Source: Acidobacteriota bacterium (GTDB taxonomy: Bacteria > Acidobacteriota > UBA890 > WLXD01). From it: a stretch of DNA of 64,000 bases. Of the stretch, positions 1 to 9,427 are shown piece by piece (within the stretch, counting starts at the first letter, position 1; each line of letters begins with the position of its first letter). The stretch spans positions 1 to 64,000 of the forward strand of contig CAXWPL010000005.1 in NCBI GenBank assembly GCA_963666215.2, read 5' to 3'. Position numbers and translations under genes: made by a program. Below the pieces are notes generated by a model. That model searched no databases. It was not told the DNA's origin and saw only the letters and a program-made list of their open reading frames with translations.

Positions 1-487
1 GCAGCTCATCGACCAGGCGCTGCTCCAGCAACGCATCGGACCTGATCAGCTCACCATCCACGCCGACCGCGGCAGCTCGATGACCTCCAAGCCGGTCGCC
101 TTCCTGCTCGCCGATCTCGGGGTCACCAAGACACACTCGCGGCCCTACACCTCGTCGGACAATCCCTACTCCGAGGCCCACTTCAGGACGCTCAAGTACC
201 GACCCGAGTTCCCTGCTCGCTTCGAGTCGATCGAACACGCCCGTCTCTTCTGCCGGGCATTCTTCCACTGGTACAACTACCAGCATCGCCACTCGGGCAT
301 CGGCCTGATGACTCCGGCGACGGTGCAGGACGGGCTCGCCCAGCAGACCCGCGACCGGCGTGCCGAAGTCCTGCTGGCCGCCTACCGGGCCCGGCCTGAG
401 CGCTTCGTCAACCACCCACCCAGCCCGCCGGCGATCCCCACCGCCGTCTGGATCAACAAGCCTGCCACCCTCGAGAATGCTCACTAA
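1..487 (+). CDS. IS3-family transposase OrfB, C-terminal part (5' partial)
   Basis: HADRGSSM...SRPYTSSDNPYSEAHFRTLKY...YNYQHRHSGIG integrase-core motifs; stop TAA at 485-487. Confidence 0.92.
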   Translation, partial: QLIDQALLQQRIGPDQLTIHADRGSSMTSKPVAFLLADLGVTKTHSRPYTSSDNPYSEAHFRTLKYRPEFPARFESIEHARLFCRAFFHWYNYQHRHSGIGLMTPATVQDGLAQQTRDRRAEVLLAAYRARPERFVNHPPSPPAIPTAVWINKPATLENAH

Positions 488-527
488 TTACTCGTGACCA
501 CCGTCTCATCCGCGTTGACAGGCACCG
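1..527 (+). mobile_element. IS3-family element, right part (copy 1; runs off window start)
   Basis: Near-identical to 60361-60887 (about 14 substitutions counted by eye). Shared sequence ends at ...CGCGTTGACAGGCACCG (527), then the copies diverge. Confidence 0.93.
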
Positions 528-769
528 CCCCGTGTGCGAGTACATGCCGGCGAACAGTGGCGACATCTGTTCCAGCACGTTGTTGACGATCTTCAGCAGC
601 CGCCGCAGCGGATGGTCCTTCGGTACCCTCTGCTCGGGCGAGATATAGCTGAACGCTGCCACTTGACCCGCGTCTTCACCACGCATCTGCTCACCTCGTC
701 GATGCTTCCGGTTGGCACGGGGCTGCATGGGTCAAGCTACATGAACGCTAGGAGTTTTTCAGCAGCCTG
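528..769 (-). mobile_element. IS5/IS1182-type element, left-end fragment, interrupted by the IS3 copy
   Basis: ATG at 686 (minus) gives MRGEDAGQVAAFSYISPEQRVPKDHPLR...MYSHTG, a DUF772-like transposase N-terminus cut at 528. End sequence CAGGCTGCTGAAAAACTCC abuts CTAG at 770-773. Confidence 0.8.
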
Positions 770-866
770 CTAGAGGCAGCGGCCGAGGTGACGCCGGTAG
801 GGACAACGACGTTGGTCGCTACGGCGTCGGACCGATCTGTACCTAATCCGCTGAGGAGGGGAGCCC

Positions 867-1412
867 ATGCGAGCGGTTTCAGGACTTCGTGAAAGCTTGA
901 TCGCCACCCTTGTGATGGCGGTCACCAGCACCGCGGCGGATGCCTTCTGGGCCGCAGCCATCTCCGAGCACCGCATGTTGTACGGGTTAACGCACGGAGC
1001 TCTGCTGCTCGCCGTAATGGGCGCCGTGACCGCGTGTGCAACCGGCTGTCGACGGACCGGTTTCGCTTCCCTCGCGGGCCTGTTGATCGGCGTGATCGCG
1101 GCGGCGGCATTTTATCTCCTGACCCCGCTTGTCGGTTTCGTCACCGCCATGGTGATCGCCTGGATGGGGCTGTGGATCGCCTTCGCGTTCGTGGGCAACG
1201 GCGTCGCGCGCGATAGCGAGACCGCATCACGCACGGTCACGCGCGGGGCCATCGCCGCGGTGGTCGCGGGTTTGGCATTCTGGATGATCTCTGACATCTG
1301 GTTGGGCGCCCACGACCCGGGGCCGTTGTACTGGCGTAACCTCGTGAGCTGGTGTGTGGCGTTCTTCCCGGGCTTCGCGGCCTTGCTGCTGCAGCGCACC
1401 GGCGATCGGTAG
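867..1412 (+). CDS. hypothetical integral membrane protein (about 6 TM)
   Basis: 181 aa with repeated hydrophobic segments; strong SD GAGGAGGGGAG upstream. Confidence 0.75.
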   Translation: MRAVSGLRESLIATLVMAVTSTAADAFWAAAISEHRMLYGLTHGALLLAVMGAVTACATGCRRTGFASLAGLLIGVIAAAAFYLLTPLVGFVTAMVIAWMGLWIAFAFVGNGVARDSETASRTVTRGAIAAVVAGLAFWMISDIWLGAHDPGPLYWRNLVSWCVAFFPGFAALLLQRTGDR

Positions 1413-1512
1413 GGACCGTGATCCGGCGCCGGCGCGTCGCGCCGGTGTTGGGTAGAACCGAAAAGTCGGCCGCGAGCTCGGCGCGCGTCTGGAGCCAACC
1501 ACGAGCCCACCG

Positions 1513-1528
1513 CCCCCCCCCCCCCCCC
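1513..1528. repeat. poly-C homopolymer (16 nt)
   Basis: C16 run directly before the IS481 target site GCTAGC. Confidence 0.85.
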
Positions 1529-1534
1529 GCTAGC

Positions 1535-2577
1535 TGTGTTTTCTAAGTAGGTTGTTCACATCGGGGCTCACTTCTGAGATCAATGGGGTTGTTCAAAAGA
1601 CTCCACGACCTCAGAAGGAGCGCCCGATGCAGCTGCATGGTAACGCCCGCACGACGCCGTATATACGCCGAGAGATGGTCCGCCGAGTCCGGGAGCGGGC
1701 GGAGCCCGTGACGGAAACGGCGGCGGCGCTCGGCGTGTCGGCTCGAACGGTTTACAAGTGGCTGGATAGATACGAGCGAGAAGGTGAGGCCGGGCTGCTC
1801 GATCGATCAAGCCGGCCGACGTGCTGTCCGCACGCAACAAGCGCTGGAGTTGTGAGGCAGATCGACAAGCTACGTCGGCGGCGACTGACGGCCTGGCAGA
1901 TCAGCCGAAGGTTGGCTGTGCCGCGCTCGACCGTCTCGGCGTGGCTGAAGCGGCTCGGACTCGCCAAGCTTGATGCGCTCGAGCCCAAGCCCGAGATCGT
2001 TCGCTACGAGTACGAGCACCCCGGTGACCTACTGCACCTGGATACGAAGAAACTGGCCCGTATCCGGCGACCTGGACACCGCATCCACGGCGACCGCTCC
2101 AAGCGGGCCTACGGCGTCGGCTGGGAGAACGCCCACGTCGCTATCGACGATCACTCTCGGGTGGCGTACGTCGAAGTGCTGCCCGCCGAAGACCAACACA
2201 CCTGCACAGCGTTCCTGCAGCGAGCCGTCGAGCACTTCGCTTCGATGGGAGTAGCGGTGCGCCGAGTGATGACAGACAACGGGCCTGGCTACGTCTCGAA
2301 GCGCTTCAATCGCCTATGCCATCAACTCGAGATCCGGCACATTTACACCCGGCCCTACACCCCCAGAACCAACGGCAAAGCCGAACGCTTCATCCGCACA
2401 CTCAAGGAGCAGTGGGCCTACGGCACCTGCTACCAGACCTCAGCTCGACGTACTCGAGCTCTACGGCCCTGGCTCAACCACTACAATCGTCACCGCCCCC
2501 ACGCCGGCATCGGCATGACACCGCCGATCGCTCGGCTCTCAGGGGTGAGTTCGTGAACAACCTACCTAGAACTCACA
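1535..2577 (+). mobile_element. IS481-family insertion sequence (copy 1, 1043 bp)
   Basis: TGT...ACA ends, 25-bp IR with 22/25 matches (1535-1559, 2553-2577); flanks GCTAGC and CCTAGC (NCTAGN target). Confidence 0.95.
1627..2556 (+). CDS. IS481-family transposase
   Basis: MQLHGNARTTP HTH N-terminus; LHLDTKKL, MTDNG and RPYTPRTNGKAERF DDE motifs; SD AAGGAG. Confidence 0.95.
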   Translation: MQLHGNARTTPYIRREMVRRVRERAEPVTETAAALGVSARTVYKWLDRYEREGEAGLLDRSSRPTCCPHATSAGVVRQIDKLRRRRLTAWQISRRLAVPRSTVSAWLKRLGLAKLDALEPKPEIVRYEYEHPGDLLHLDTKKLARIRRPGHRIHGDRSKRAYGVGWENAHVAIDDHSRVAYVEVLPAEDQHTCTAFLQRAVEHFASMGVAVRRVMTDNGPGYVSKRFNRLCHQLEIRHIYTRPYTPRTNGKAERFIRTLKEQWAYGTCYQTSARRTRALRPWLNHYNRHRPHAGIGMTPPIARLSGVSS

Positions 2578-2598
2578 CCTAGCGGGCCAACCGACCGT

Positions 2599-3021
2599 TC
2601 ACCGTCGGAGCAGGGCCCAGAACGCGCCGAGGGCGGCTCCTATCGTGTTGTTCATCACATCGTTGGCGGAGCTGAAGCGGTTGTGACTGAACAGCTGCAC
2701 CGTCTCGACGGAGAGCGACAGCAGCAGCGCCGAGCCGACCGCAACCAGCGCAAAGCGCCACCCTGGCCATGGCGTTCCACCGCGGCTCTGGGCACCGGCC
2801 GCGATCGCCGCCGCGAAGGCAGTTGCGCCGAAGCCGTACGGCACGAACAGCGCGAGGTTCGCCGCCACTTCGAGAGGTTTCGCGTGAGGATCGGCGAACG
2901 GAACCCAGGCAACCCGATCCCAGTGCGGATGCCCGCGCACATTGCTCAGCGGCAGCAACGTCACCGCCAGGATCACCAGCGTCGCCACAACCCAGATCAG
3001 CACGGCCAGGCGCGCATTCAT
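2599..3021 (-). CDS. VanZ-family membrane protein
   Basis: NLALFVPYG...LSVETVQLFSHNRFSSANDVMNNTIG matches the VanZ pattern. Confidence 0.85.
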   Translation of the reverse strand: MNARLAVLIWVVATLVILAVTLLPLSNVRGHPHWDRVAWVPFADPHAKPLEVAANLALFVPYGFGATAFAAAIAAGAQSRGGTPWPGWRFALVAVGSALLLSLSVETVQLFSHNRFSSANDVMNNTIGAALGAFWALLRR

Positions 3022-3099
3022 CGCTCGACGCTACTCGTCACCAGAGTTCGACAGGAGAACCGGCGCGTCCGACTCTGCGGCCCGATCCGCGCGACGTTC

Positions 3100-3249
3100 C
3101 TAGAAGAGCGCGTAAATGAACGGGGCGACGGCTGAACCCTCTGACAGCACGATCAACAGGCTGAGCAGCGCGAGAAAGAGCACGATCGGCGTCAGCCACC
3201 ACTTCTTGCGGACGCTGAGAAACTCCAAAATCAGTCCCAACTTCGACAT
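3100..3249 (-). CDS. small membrane protein, SxtK/DUF5989-like (49 aa)
   Basis: FLSVRKKWWLTPIV...GSAVAPFIYALF signature; SD AAGGAG before ATG 3249. Confidence 0.88.
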   Translation of the reverse strand: MSKLGLILEFLSVRKKWWLTPIVLFLALLSLLIVLSEGSAVAPFIYALF

Positions 3250-3337
3250 CTGTGTCTCCTTGTCGCGCCCCGAATCCGTGACGTCATCCTTGTTCGACTG
3301 CGGCAAGCCTAGCAGCGCGAACGCAGTTTCTACAGTG

Positions 3338-3739
3338 CTAGAAAGGCTTGTTGGGCCGCGAGCCGGGGCCGCGCGGATCGACCACCACCCAATATGTCGT
3401 GGCCTCGGGATCGGGCGCTTTGTCCAGCGGGTCCTTGCCCAGCAGCCGCATCGTCAGCCCGATCGGAGTGATGGCCAAGAAGAAGGTCAGGGTCACCAAG
3501 ATCCTCGTGACGATGGCCTGCAACACGTTCGCCAGAGCCATCCAGGCGCGCTCGACCGGTGCCAGCAGCTTGGGGGCTACGAGACCGAGCAGCAGGAACA
3601 CGCCGCCGGCACCCGCCACATAGGGCCACGCCGGCCTGGCGCGCCACCACAGAAAGGCGCCCAGCAGACCCAGCGCGACGCTCATGACCAAGGCGAACTT
3701 GCGGAGCCGTGTCTGCTCGCTCTGCTTGTGTCTACTCAT
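3338..3739 (-). CDS. SxtJ-family membrane protein
   Basis: LRKFALVM...AWMALA...FFLAITPIGLTMRLLGKDPL...TYW; directly downstream of the carbamoyltransferase. Confidence 0.88.
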   Translation of the reverse strand: MSRHKQSEQTRLRKFALVMSVALGLLGAFLWWRARPAWPYVAGAGGVFLLLGLVAPKLLAPVERAWMALANVLQAIVTRILVTLTFFLAITPIGLTMRLLGKDPLDKAPDPEATTYWVVVDPRGPGSRPNKPF

Positions 3740-3801
3740 TCCTCATCCACTGTGGCCCTGTGCCATCGATCGCAGCCATCCCGACACGGGCGTTCGATCC
3801 A

Positions 3802-5622
3802 TCAATCCAGCGCGTAGATATCGCGCCAGTTCACATCATCCTTCAACGCAGGCTGCTCCGCCTTCGTCAGCACCAGGTCTTCGAGTACCAGCACGTCCAT
3901 CTCGGTGCGCATGAAGCACAGGTACGCGTCTTCCGGAGTACAGACGATGGGCTCGCCACGCACGTTGAACGACGTGTTGACAACGATCCCGTAGCCCGTG
4001 CGTTCTTTGAACGCGGCGATCATGGCGTGGTATCGCGGATTGTCCCGCTTGTCGACGGTCTGCACCCGAGCCGAGTAGTCGACATGGGTAATCGACGGAA
4101 TGTCGGACCGCGGGACGTTGAGCTTGGCGATGCCGAACAGGCTCTTCTGCTCATCGGTCATCGGCTTGCGGCGCTCCTCTCGAACCGGTGCCACCAGCAG
4201 CATGTACGGCGACGGGCGATCGAGCTCGAAGAACTCCCCCACATCCTCGACCAAACAAGCCGGAGCAAACGGACGGAAAGACTCGCGGTACTTGATCTTG
4301 AGGTTCATCGTGCGTTGCATCTCGGTGCTGCGCGCATCGCCGATGATGCTGCGCGCTCCGAGGGCACGGGGGCCGAACTCCATGCGGCCGCCGAACCAGC
4401 CGAGAACGTTGCCAGCCTCGAGGTGTCCCGCCGCGACATCCGCAACCTCGTCGGGGTCGTATCGGACATACGGCAGCCCTGCCGACTTCAGCCAAGCCTC
4501 GATTTCGTCGGAGCTGAACTCCGGGCCGAGATAGGAGCCACTCTGGAGATCGCGGCTGCCATCGACCGGCTTGCGCGGGATGTCGTGCACCTGATGTGCT
4601 GCGTAGAGCGCCGCACCCAGCGCGCCGCCAGCGTCGCCGGCGGCCGGCTGGATCCAGATATCGTCAAAGATGCCGGCGCGCAGAATCTTGCCGTTGCCGA
4701 CGCAATTGAGTGCCACGCCTCCGGCCATAACCAGATGCCGTTCGCCGGTCTCTTTGCGAACATGCCGCGCCATCCGCAACATGACCTCCTCGGCGACGTG
4801 CTGCACCGACCGCGCCAGATCCATCTCGCGTTGGGTGAGCTCACTCTCCGGCTGACGTGGCGGCGCGCCGAATAGTTGATGGAAGGCCTCCGATGTCATC
4901 GTCAGGCCCTGGCAGTAGTTGAAGTACTTCATGTTGAGCCGAAATGACCCGTCCTCCTTGAGGTCCATCAACTCGTCGAGGATCAGGTCGACGTACTTCG
5001 GCTCTCCGTACGAGGCCAGCCCCATCACCTTGTACTCGCCGGAGTTCACCCGGAAGCCGGTGTAGTACGTGAAGGCGGTGTAGAGCAGCCCGAGGCTGTG
5101 CGGAAAGCGCAGCTCGGCACGCAGCTCCATCTTGTTTCCGCTGCCCGTCCCCCACGAAGCGGTTGCCCACTCCCCGACCCCGTCCATCGTCAAGATCGCC
5201 GCGCTTTCGAAAGGCGACGGGAAGAAGGCGGAAGCAGCGTGCGACTGGTGATGCTCCGGGTAGAGGATCTCGCCTTCGTAGCCCGTCTCGCGCGAGATCA
5301 GCTCGCCCATCCACAGCTTCTGCCGGAGCCACAGCGGCATGGCCTTGAGGAACGACGGTAGGCCCGCAGGGGCGAACGACAAATATGTCTCGAGCAAGCG
5401 CTCGAACTTGAGCCACGGCTTGTCGTAGAAAACCACAGCGTCGAGTTGGTCGGGCTCGATGCGACCCTCCTTCAGGCAGTAGTTGACGGCATGCGAAGGG
5501 AAGTTGTGGTCGTGCTTCTTGCGCGTAAAGCGCTCCTCCTGCGCCGCAGCGACGATGTCACTATCGCGCAGCAGGCAGGCGGCCGAGTCGTGGTAAAAAG
5601 CGGAGAGTCCGAGAATGTACAT
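3802..5622 (-). CDS. NodU/CmcH-family O-carbamoyltransferase (SxtI-like)
   Basis: MYILGLSAFYHDSAA, EERFTRKKHD, EHHQSHAASAF, DGVGE, GGVALNC, EFGPRALGARS, NTSFNVRGEP motifs. Confidence 0.95.
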   Translation of the reverse strand: MYILGLSAFYHDSAACLLRDSDIVAAAQEERFTRKKHDHNFPSHAVNYCLKEGRIEPDQLDAVVFYDKPWLKFERLLETYLSFAPAGLPSFLKAMPLWLRQKLWMGELISRETGYEGEILYPEHHQSHAASAFFPSPFESAAILTMDGVGEWATASWGTGSGNKMELRAELRFPHSLGLLYTAFTYYTGFRVNSGEYKVMGLASYGEPKYVDLILDELMDLKEDGSFRLNMKYFNYCQGLTMTSEAFHQLFGAPPRQPESELTQREMDLARSVQHVAEEVMLRMARHVRKETGERHLVMAGGVALNCVGNGKILRAGIFDDIWIQPAAGDAGGALGAALYAAHQVHDIPRKPVDGSRDLQSGSYLGPEFSSDEIEAWLKSAGLPYVRYDPDEVADVAAGHLEAGNVLGWFGGRMEFGPRALGARSIIGDARSTEMQRTMNLKIKYRESFRPFAPACLVEDVGEFFELDRPSPYMLLVAPVREERRKPMTDEQKSLFGIAKLNVPRSDIPSITHVDYSARVQTVDKRDNPRYHAMIAAFKERTGYGIVVNTSFNVRGEPIVCTPEDAYLCFMRTEMDVLVLEDLVLTKAEQPALKDDVNWRDIYALD

Positions 5623-5630
5623 GGGCGGCA

Positions 5631-5636
5631 ATTCTA
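5631..5636 (-). promoter_or_regulatory. putative -10 box (TAGAAT), likely leaderless transcript
   Basis: TAGAAT lies 8 nt upstream of ATG 5622 and no SD is visible. Confidence 0.45.
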
Positions 5637-5778
5637 GCGCCGGGTGACCCGTTCCGTTGGCGCCGCGCCGCGCCAACGTAGTCGAGGTCCTGACAGCACG
5701 TTCCAAGGCGGGTCGGTCCACGCCCGCCCTTGCGCCCGACCCTTCTCCAAAACCTTTTCCCTGCCCTCAGGTGTGCCG

Positions 5779-6292
5779 ATGCCGCGTCCCGCCAGTCTCC
5801 GCAATCGTTACAACGTTCTTCCCGTCGTGGCGCTCTCTTTGGCATTGCCGATTCTCGCGTCTTGCGCCCCCGCTACCACAGCCGTCGCGCAGCAAACCAG
5901 CGCCCCGGCCGCCGAAGACGCCGAACAGCAGCTCGCTGCCTCGCCGCGCCACGGTGAGTGGGCCGATGTCGACGCTGGCGACGCCGGCACGGTGGCCGCT
6001 TGGGTGTCGTACCCAGAGCGCTCCGACAACGCGCCGGTGGTTGTCGTGATTCATGAGATCTTCGGCATGAGCGACTGGGTACGAGCCGTGGCCGACGCCT
6101 TCGCCGCCGAGGGCTTCATCGCCATCGCGCCTGATCTTCTCAGCGGAAAAGGGCCCGATGGCGGCGGCAGCGAAACCATCGACGAGCCGCGTCGCGCGGT
6201 GTCGGCGCTCGACGGCGAGGAAGTCCGCCGCCGCGGCAGAGCGGGCCTGGACGCGCGCTGTGGCCTTTTCCCGCGACGCACTCGAGGGCTAG
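5779..6292 (+). pseudogene. dienelactone-hydrolase-family lipoprotein with internal deletion
   Basis: Lipobox LASC, VVVIHEIFG, GFIAIAPDLL. At about 6230 it jumps to the C-terminal helix AAAERAWTRAVAFSRDALEG* in another frame; the GxCxGG nucleophile region is absent. Confidence 0.8.
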
Positions 6293-6319
6293 CGGAGCTG
6301 TTGCCTGGGGGCGGCTCGC

Positions 6320-6994
6320 TTACTCCGAGGTCACGCGCCGAGCGTTGAGGATGACGATATCCTCGGCCGGCGCAGCTTGGAACATGCCGGTCTCGGTTCC
6401 GATGGGAGCGCGCGCAATCCGGTCGACCACATCCATGCCCTCGACCACAACGCCGAACACCGCGTAGCCGTAGTCGCGAGGATTCTCACCGCGGTAATCG
6501 AGGTAGGTGTTGTCCTCGTGATTGATGAAGAACTGCGTTGTAGCGCTGTCGACCACGGCCGTACGCGCCAGCGCCACCGTGCCTCGAACGTTTGACAGCC
6601 CGTTGTTGGCCTCGTTCTTGACCGGCTCGCGTGTCGGCTTCTGATTGCGATCGATGCCGAATCCGCCGCCCTGAATCATCTTGGGCTGACTCGTCCAGAT
6701 CACTCGATGGAACACGGTGCCGTCGTAGTGGTTGGTGTCGACGTACTGCAGGAAGTTCGCCACCGACAGCGGTGCGTGCCCGGGATAGAGGCCAACCACA
6801 ATGGTTCCTAGAGAAGTTTCCAGAGCAACGCGCGGCGCTGCATCGTGGACGGGCGGGGCTGCTGGACTCACTGGACGCTCCTCGATGGGTTCGGTCTTCC
6901 AGGCCTCGGTGTCGACGCAGCCTGCGGCCGTCACGGCCGTTGTCGTCAAGAAAATTGCCATGCTCCACGCCAGGCGACGCCTGCTAATCCACAT
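6320..6994 (-). CDS. ppiA: cyclophilin-type peptidyl-prolyl isomerase (probable lipoprotein)
   Basis: APLSVANFLQYV, YDGTVFHRVI, MIQGGGF, SATTQFFIN, GYAVFG; lipobox-like AAGC. Confidence 0.92.
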   Translation of the reverse strand: MWISRRRLAWSMAIFLTTTAVTAAGCVDTEAWKTEPIEERPVSPAAPPVHDAAPRVALETSLGTIVVGLYPGHAPLSVANFLQYVDTNHYDGTVFHRVIWTSQPKMIQGGGFGIDRNQKPTREPVKNEANNGLSNVRGTVALARTAVVDSATTQFFINHEDNTYLDYRGENPRDYGYAVFGVVVEGMDVVDRIARAPIGTETGMFQAAPAEDIVILNARRVTSE

Positions 6995-7065
6995 AGCTCC
7001 CCCACCCCCTCTTCAGTTTGCCGCGGCCGACGACGCGCGCCCGGCGGAGATCTGGAGATCCTCGT

Positions 7066-8424
7066 CTAGAGATCTTCGTCGACGATGTCGTAAAGCGGCG
7101 TGTGCCGCCGCACCGGTTGGAAGCCCGACTCGCGAATGAGCGCAATCGTCTCGTCGGTTGTCGTATTGACGTCGTGCGCAGCTTCGTGCAGCACGTTCTC
7201 TTCGATCAGGGTTCCACCGAAGTCGTCGGTGCCGAAGTGCAGCGCCACCTGGCCGGCCTTCTTGCCTTCAGAGAACCAGGACGCCTGTACATGGCGGATG
7301 TTGTCGAGATAGATGCGCGACAGCGCCAAGATGCGGAGGTAAACAGCCGGGCCAGGGCTGTCCGGGAACTGCCGCTCCATCGGTGTGTTGACGGCCTTGT
7401 ACGACCAGGGGATGAAAGCGGTGAACCCGCGCTCTCCGAGCCTGTCTTCCCACTCGGTATCAGAAAGATCCCGAGAAACACCCAGTTCGCCGCTGGCCAG
7501 CGCTTCGTCCTGGATGCGACGCAGACACTCCAGATGCTCAATGATGTCGGCTGGCTGTTCAGCGTGGCCGTACATCATGGTCGCAGTGGTTCGTAACCCG
7601 ACGCGATGCGCGGAACGGTGAATCTCGATCCACTCGCGGGCGCTCTGCTTCTTGGGCGAGATCCGAGCCCGCACACGATCCGAGAGGATCTCGGCCCCGC
7701 CTCCGGGCATCGTTCTCAGGCCGGCTTTTTTCAGCTCATCGAAGATCTCGTCGTAGCTCAACCCGGAGACCTCACGCATCTTGCCGATCTCCGGCGCCGA
7801 AAACAGATGCGGGTGCACCTCGGGGAAGCGCTCGATGAACGCGCGAACCACGGCCGGGTAGTAGTCGAACGGAATCTCGTCGCTCAGCCCGCCTTGGAGC
7901 AGCACCGTGGTCGCACCGCGATCGATCGAGCGCGCCAGCACGTCCATGAGCTCGTTTACCGAGTAGGAGTAGCCCTCTTCCTGGTCGCCCGGCTTGCGGT
8001 AGAAAGCACAAAAGAGGCAGTCGGCGTCGCAGTAGTTGGTGTAGTTCGGATTCGAATCGATCACGAAGGAGACACGCGGCTCGGGGTTGTAGCGATAGCG
8101 CCAGATCGACGCAAGATCGCCGAGCTGCAGCAACGGCGCCTCGTTGAGCAGCCAAAGCCCCTCCTCGGGAGTGATGCGCTCGGCCGCCTCGACCTTGTCG
8201 CGGATGCTCGCGATGGAGCTCGTGCGAGGCCCAACCGACGATTCAAGCGCGGGCCGGTCGCCCGTGGCCATGAACGCCTCTGCGCTCGACCCACTGGTGG
8301 GGTGTGGGTAGCCGAGCAGGCGAGGCAACACGATTCCCGGCGCCGGCTGCAGCCCGACCGGGGTCGAGCCACGCTCCGCGCGGATCACCTGACGGGCCTC
8401 GGTCACTGTTGCGTTTGCACTCAT
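7066..8424 (-). CDS. mqnC: cyclic dehypoxanthine futalosine synthase (radical SAM)
   Basis: NPNYTNYCDADCLFCAFYR, LLQGG, PGGGAEIL, GFTAFIPW, DFGGTLIEENV; start may be downstream. Confidence 0.9.
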   Translation of the reverse strand: MSANATVTEARQVIRAERGSTPVGLQPAPGIVLPRLLGYPHPTSGSSAEAFMATGDRPALESSVGPRTSSIASIRDKVEAAERITPEEGLWLLNEAPLLQLGDLASIWRYRYNPEPRVSFVIDSNPNYTNYCDADCLFCAFYRKPGDQEEGYSYSVNELMDVLARSIDRGATTVLLQGGLSDEIPFDYYPAVVRAFIERFPEVHPHLFSAPEIGKMREVSGLSYDEIFDELKKAGLRTMPGGGAEILSDRVRARISPKKQSAREWIEIHRSAHRVGLRTTATMMYGHAEQPADIIEHLECLRRIQDEALASGELGVSRDLSDTEWEDRLGERGFTAFIPWSYKAVNTPMERQFPDSPGPAVYLRILALSRIYLDNIRHVQASWFSEGKKAGQVALHFGTDDFGGTLIEENVLHEAAHDVNTTTDETIALIRESGFQPVRRHTPLYDIVDEDL

Positions 8425-8431
8425 CGATCGC

Positions 8432-9427
8432 TCACCTCACCGGTGCCTCGGGAGACGCCCGCACGACTTCCGGGAGGGCCGAGTCCCACCAGGGCGCAGC
8501 CTCGAGAAGCTCGCGGAACCGAGTGATCCCCTGCTGCTCGCGCTCGCCGATCCGATAGGTGAACCCCATGAGGTAGTGATAGGCGCCGCGCGGCGTGAGC
8601 CCCGCCGGGGCAGCGTGAGCCGCCGCTAGCCCTTCGAGGTCGCGGAGACTGGTGTCGAGTGACGAGTCGAGCATCTTCAGTAGCCGACCACGGCTCTCCG
8701 AATCGAGCTCGCGACGCACCATCCACTGAGCGAACACAAACGGCAACTCTTGCCAGCGCCGCCAAACCGTGGCCAGGTCGACGACGAAGCGGAACGGCTG
8801 GGTGCTGCCGCTGCTGTTATCGGCGTCGAAGCTCGGCAGCTCCAGCAGCTCTTCGTTGTAATCGAGCGCGCCGGGTTCGATACCTCCCGCTGCGGCCATC
8901 CGCAGCGCGCGATCGCCGATAACGAGCGCCGCTGCGTGCGTGGTGCGGCGCATCTCGTTCTCTTCGTCTCCCGCGACGCGCTTGAAGGTTTGCGCGCGGA
9001 CGCCGTAGCGACGCTCGAGCAGCAACCGCAGCAACGGATACGACGTACTGGTTTCGCCTGTAACGGCGATCGACGCGCCGTGCAACTCCTCGGGCCGAAC
9101 TCGCGACAACAACAGCACCGAGTGGGAGGGTCCGTCAGAGGCAACGCCGAGACCGTGCACGCTCGCCATGCCACCGGCGATTCCCAGCAGAGGTTCGAAC
9201 TCCGGGCTGCGGAAGCCGTCGCACATCGAGACGATGCCGGCGTCCACATAACCACTTCGGGCGGCGACGCCGAGCTGGCGCGGCGGTAAATCTATGAGCT
9301 CGATGCCAGCGCTGTCCGCCCCGGGTTCTTCGCCGGAGCCAGCGCCCGCTGCTGGAGCAGGCGACAACGAGCGGTAGAACGGAGCCGAGTTCAGGTAGGG
9401 AATGCGCGCCACGCGGAGCGGGCTCAT
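8432..9427 (-). CDS. mqnA: chorismate dehydratase
   Basis: IPYLNSAPF, SVLLLS, TSTSYPLLRLLL, ALVIGDRAL, LPFVFAQW. Confidence 0.9.
   Translation of the reverse strand: MSPLRVARIPYLNSAPFYRSLSPAPAAGAGSGEEPGADSAGIELIDLPPRQLGVAARSGYVDAGIVSMCDGFRSPEFEPLLGIAGGMASVHGLGVASDGPSHSVLLLSRVRPEELHGASIAVTGETSTSYPLLRLLLERRYGVRAQTFKRVAGDEENEMRRTTHAAALVIGDRALRMAAAGGIEPGALDYNEELLELPSFDADNSSGSTQPFRFVVDLATVWRRWQELPFVFAQWMVRRELDSESRGRLLKMLDSSLDTSLRDLEGLAAAHAAPAGLTPRGAYHYLMGFTYRIGEREQQGITRFRELLEAAPWWDSALPEVVRASPEAPVR

Noticed and set aside
3100-5622. Saxitoxin biosynthesis
   Set aside because: Only sxtI/J/K-like genes are present; no sxtA, sxtG or other core genes, and the trio is widespread outside toxin producers.
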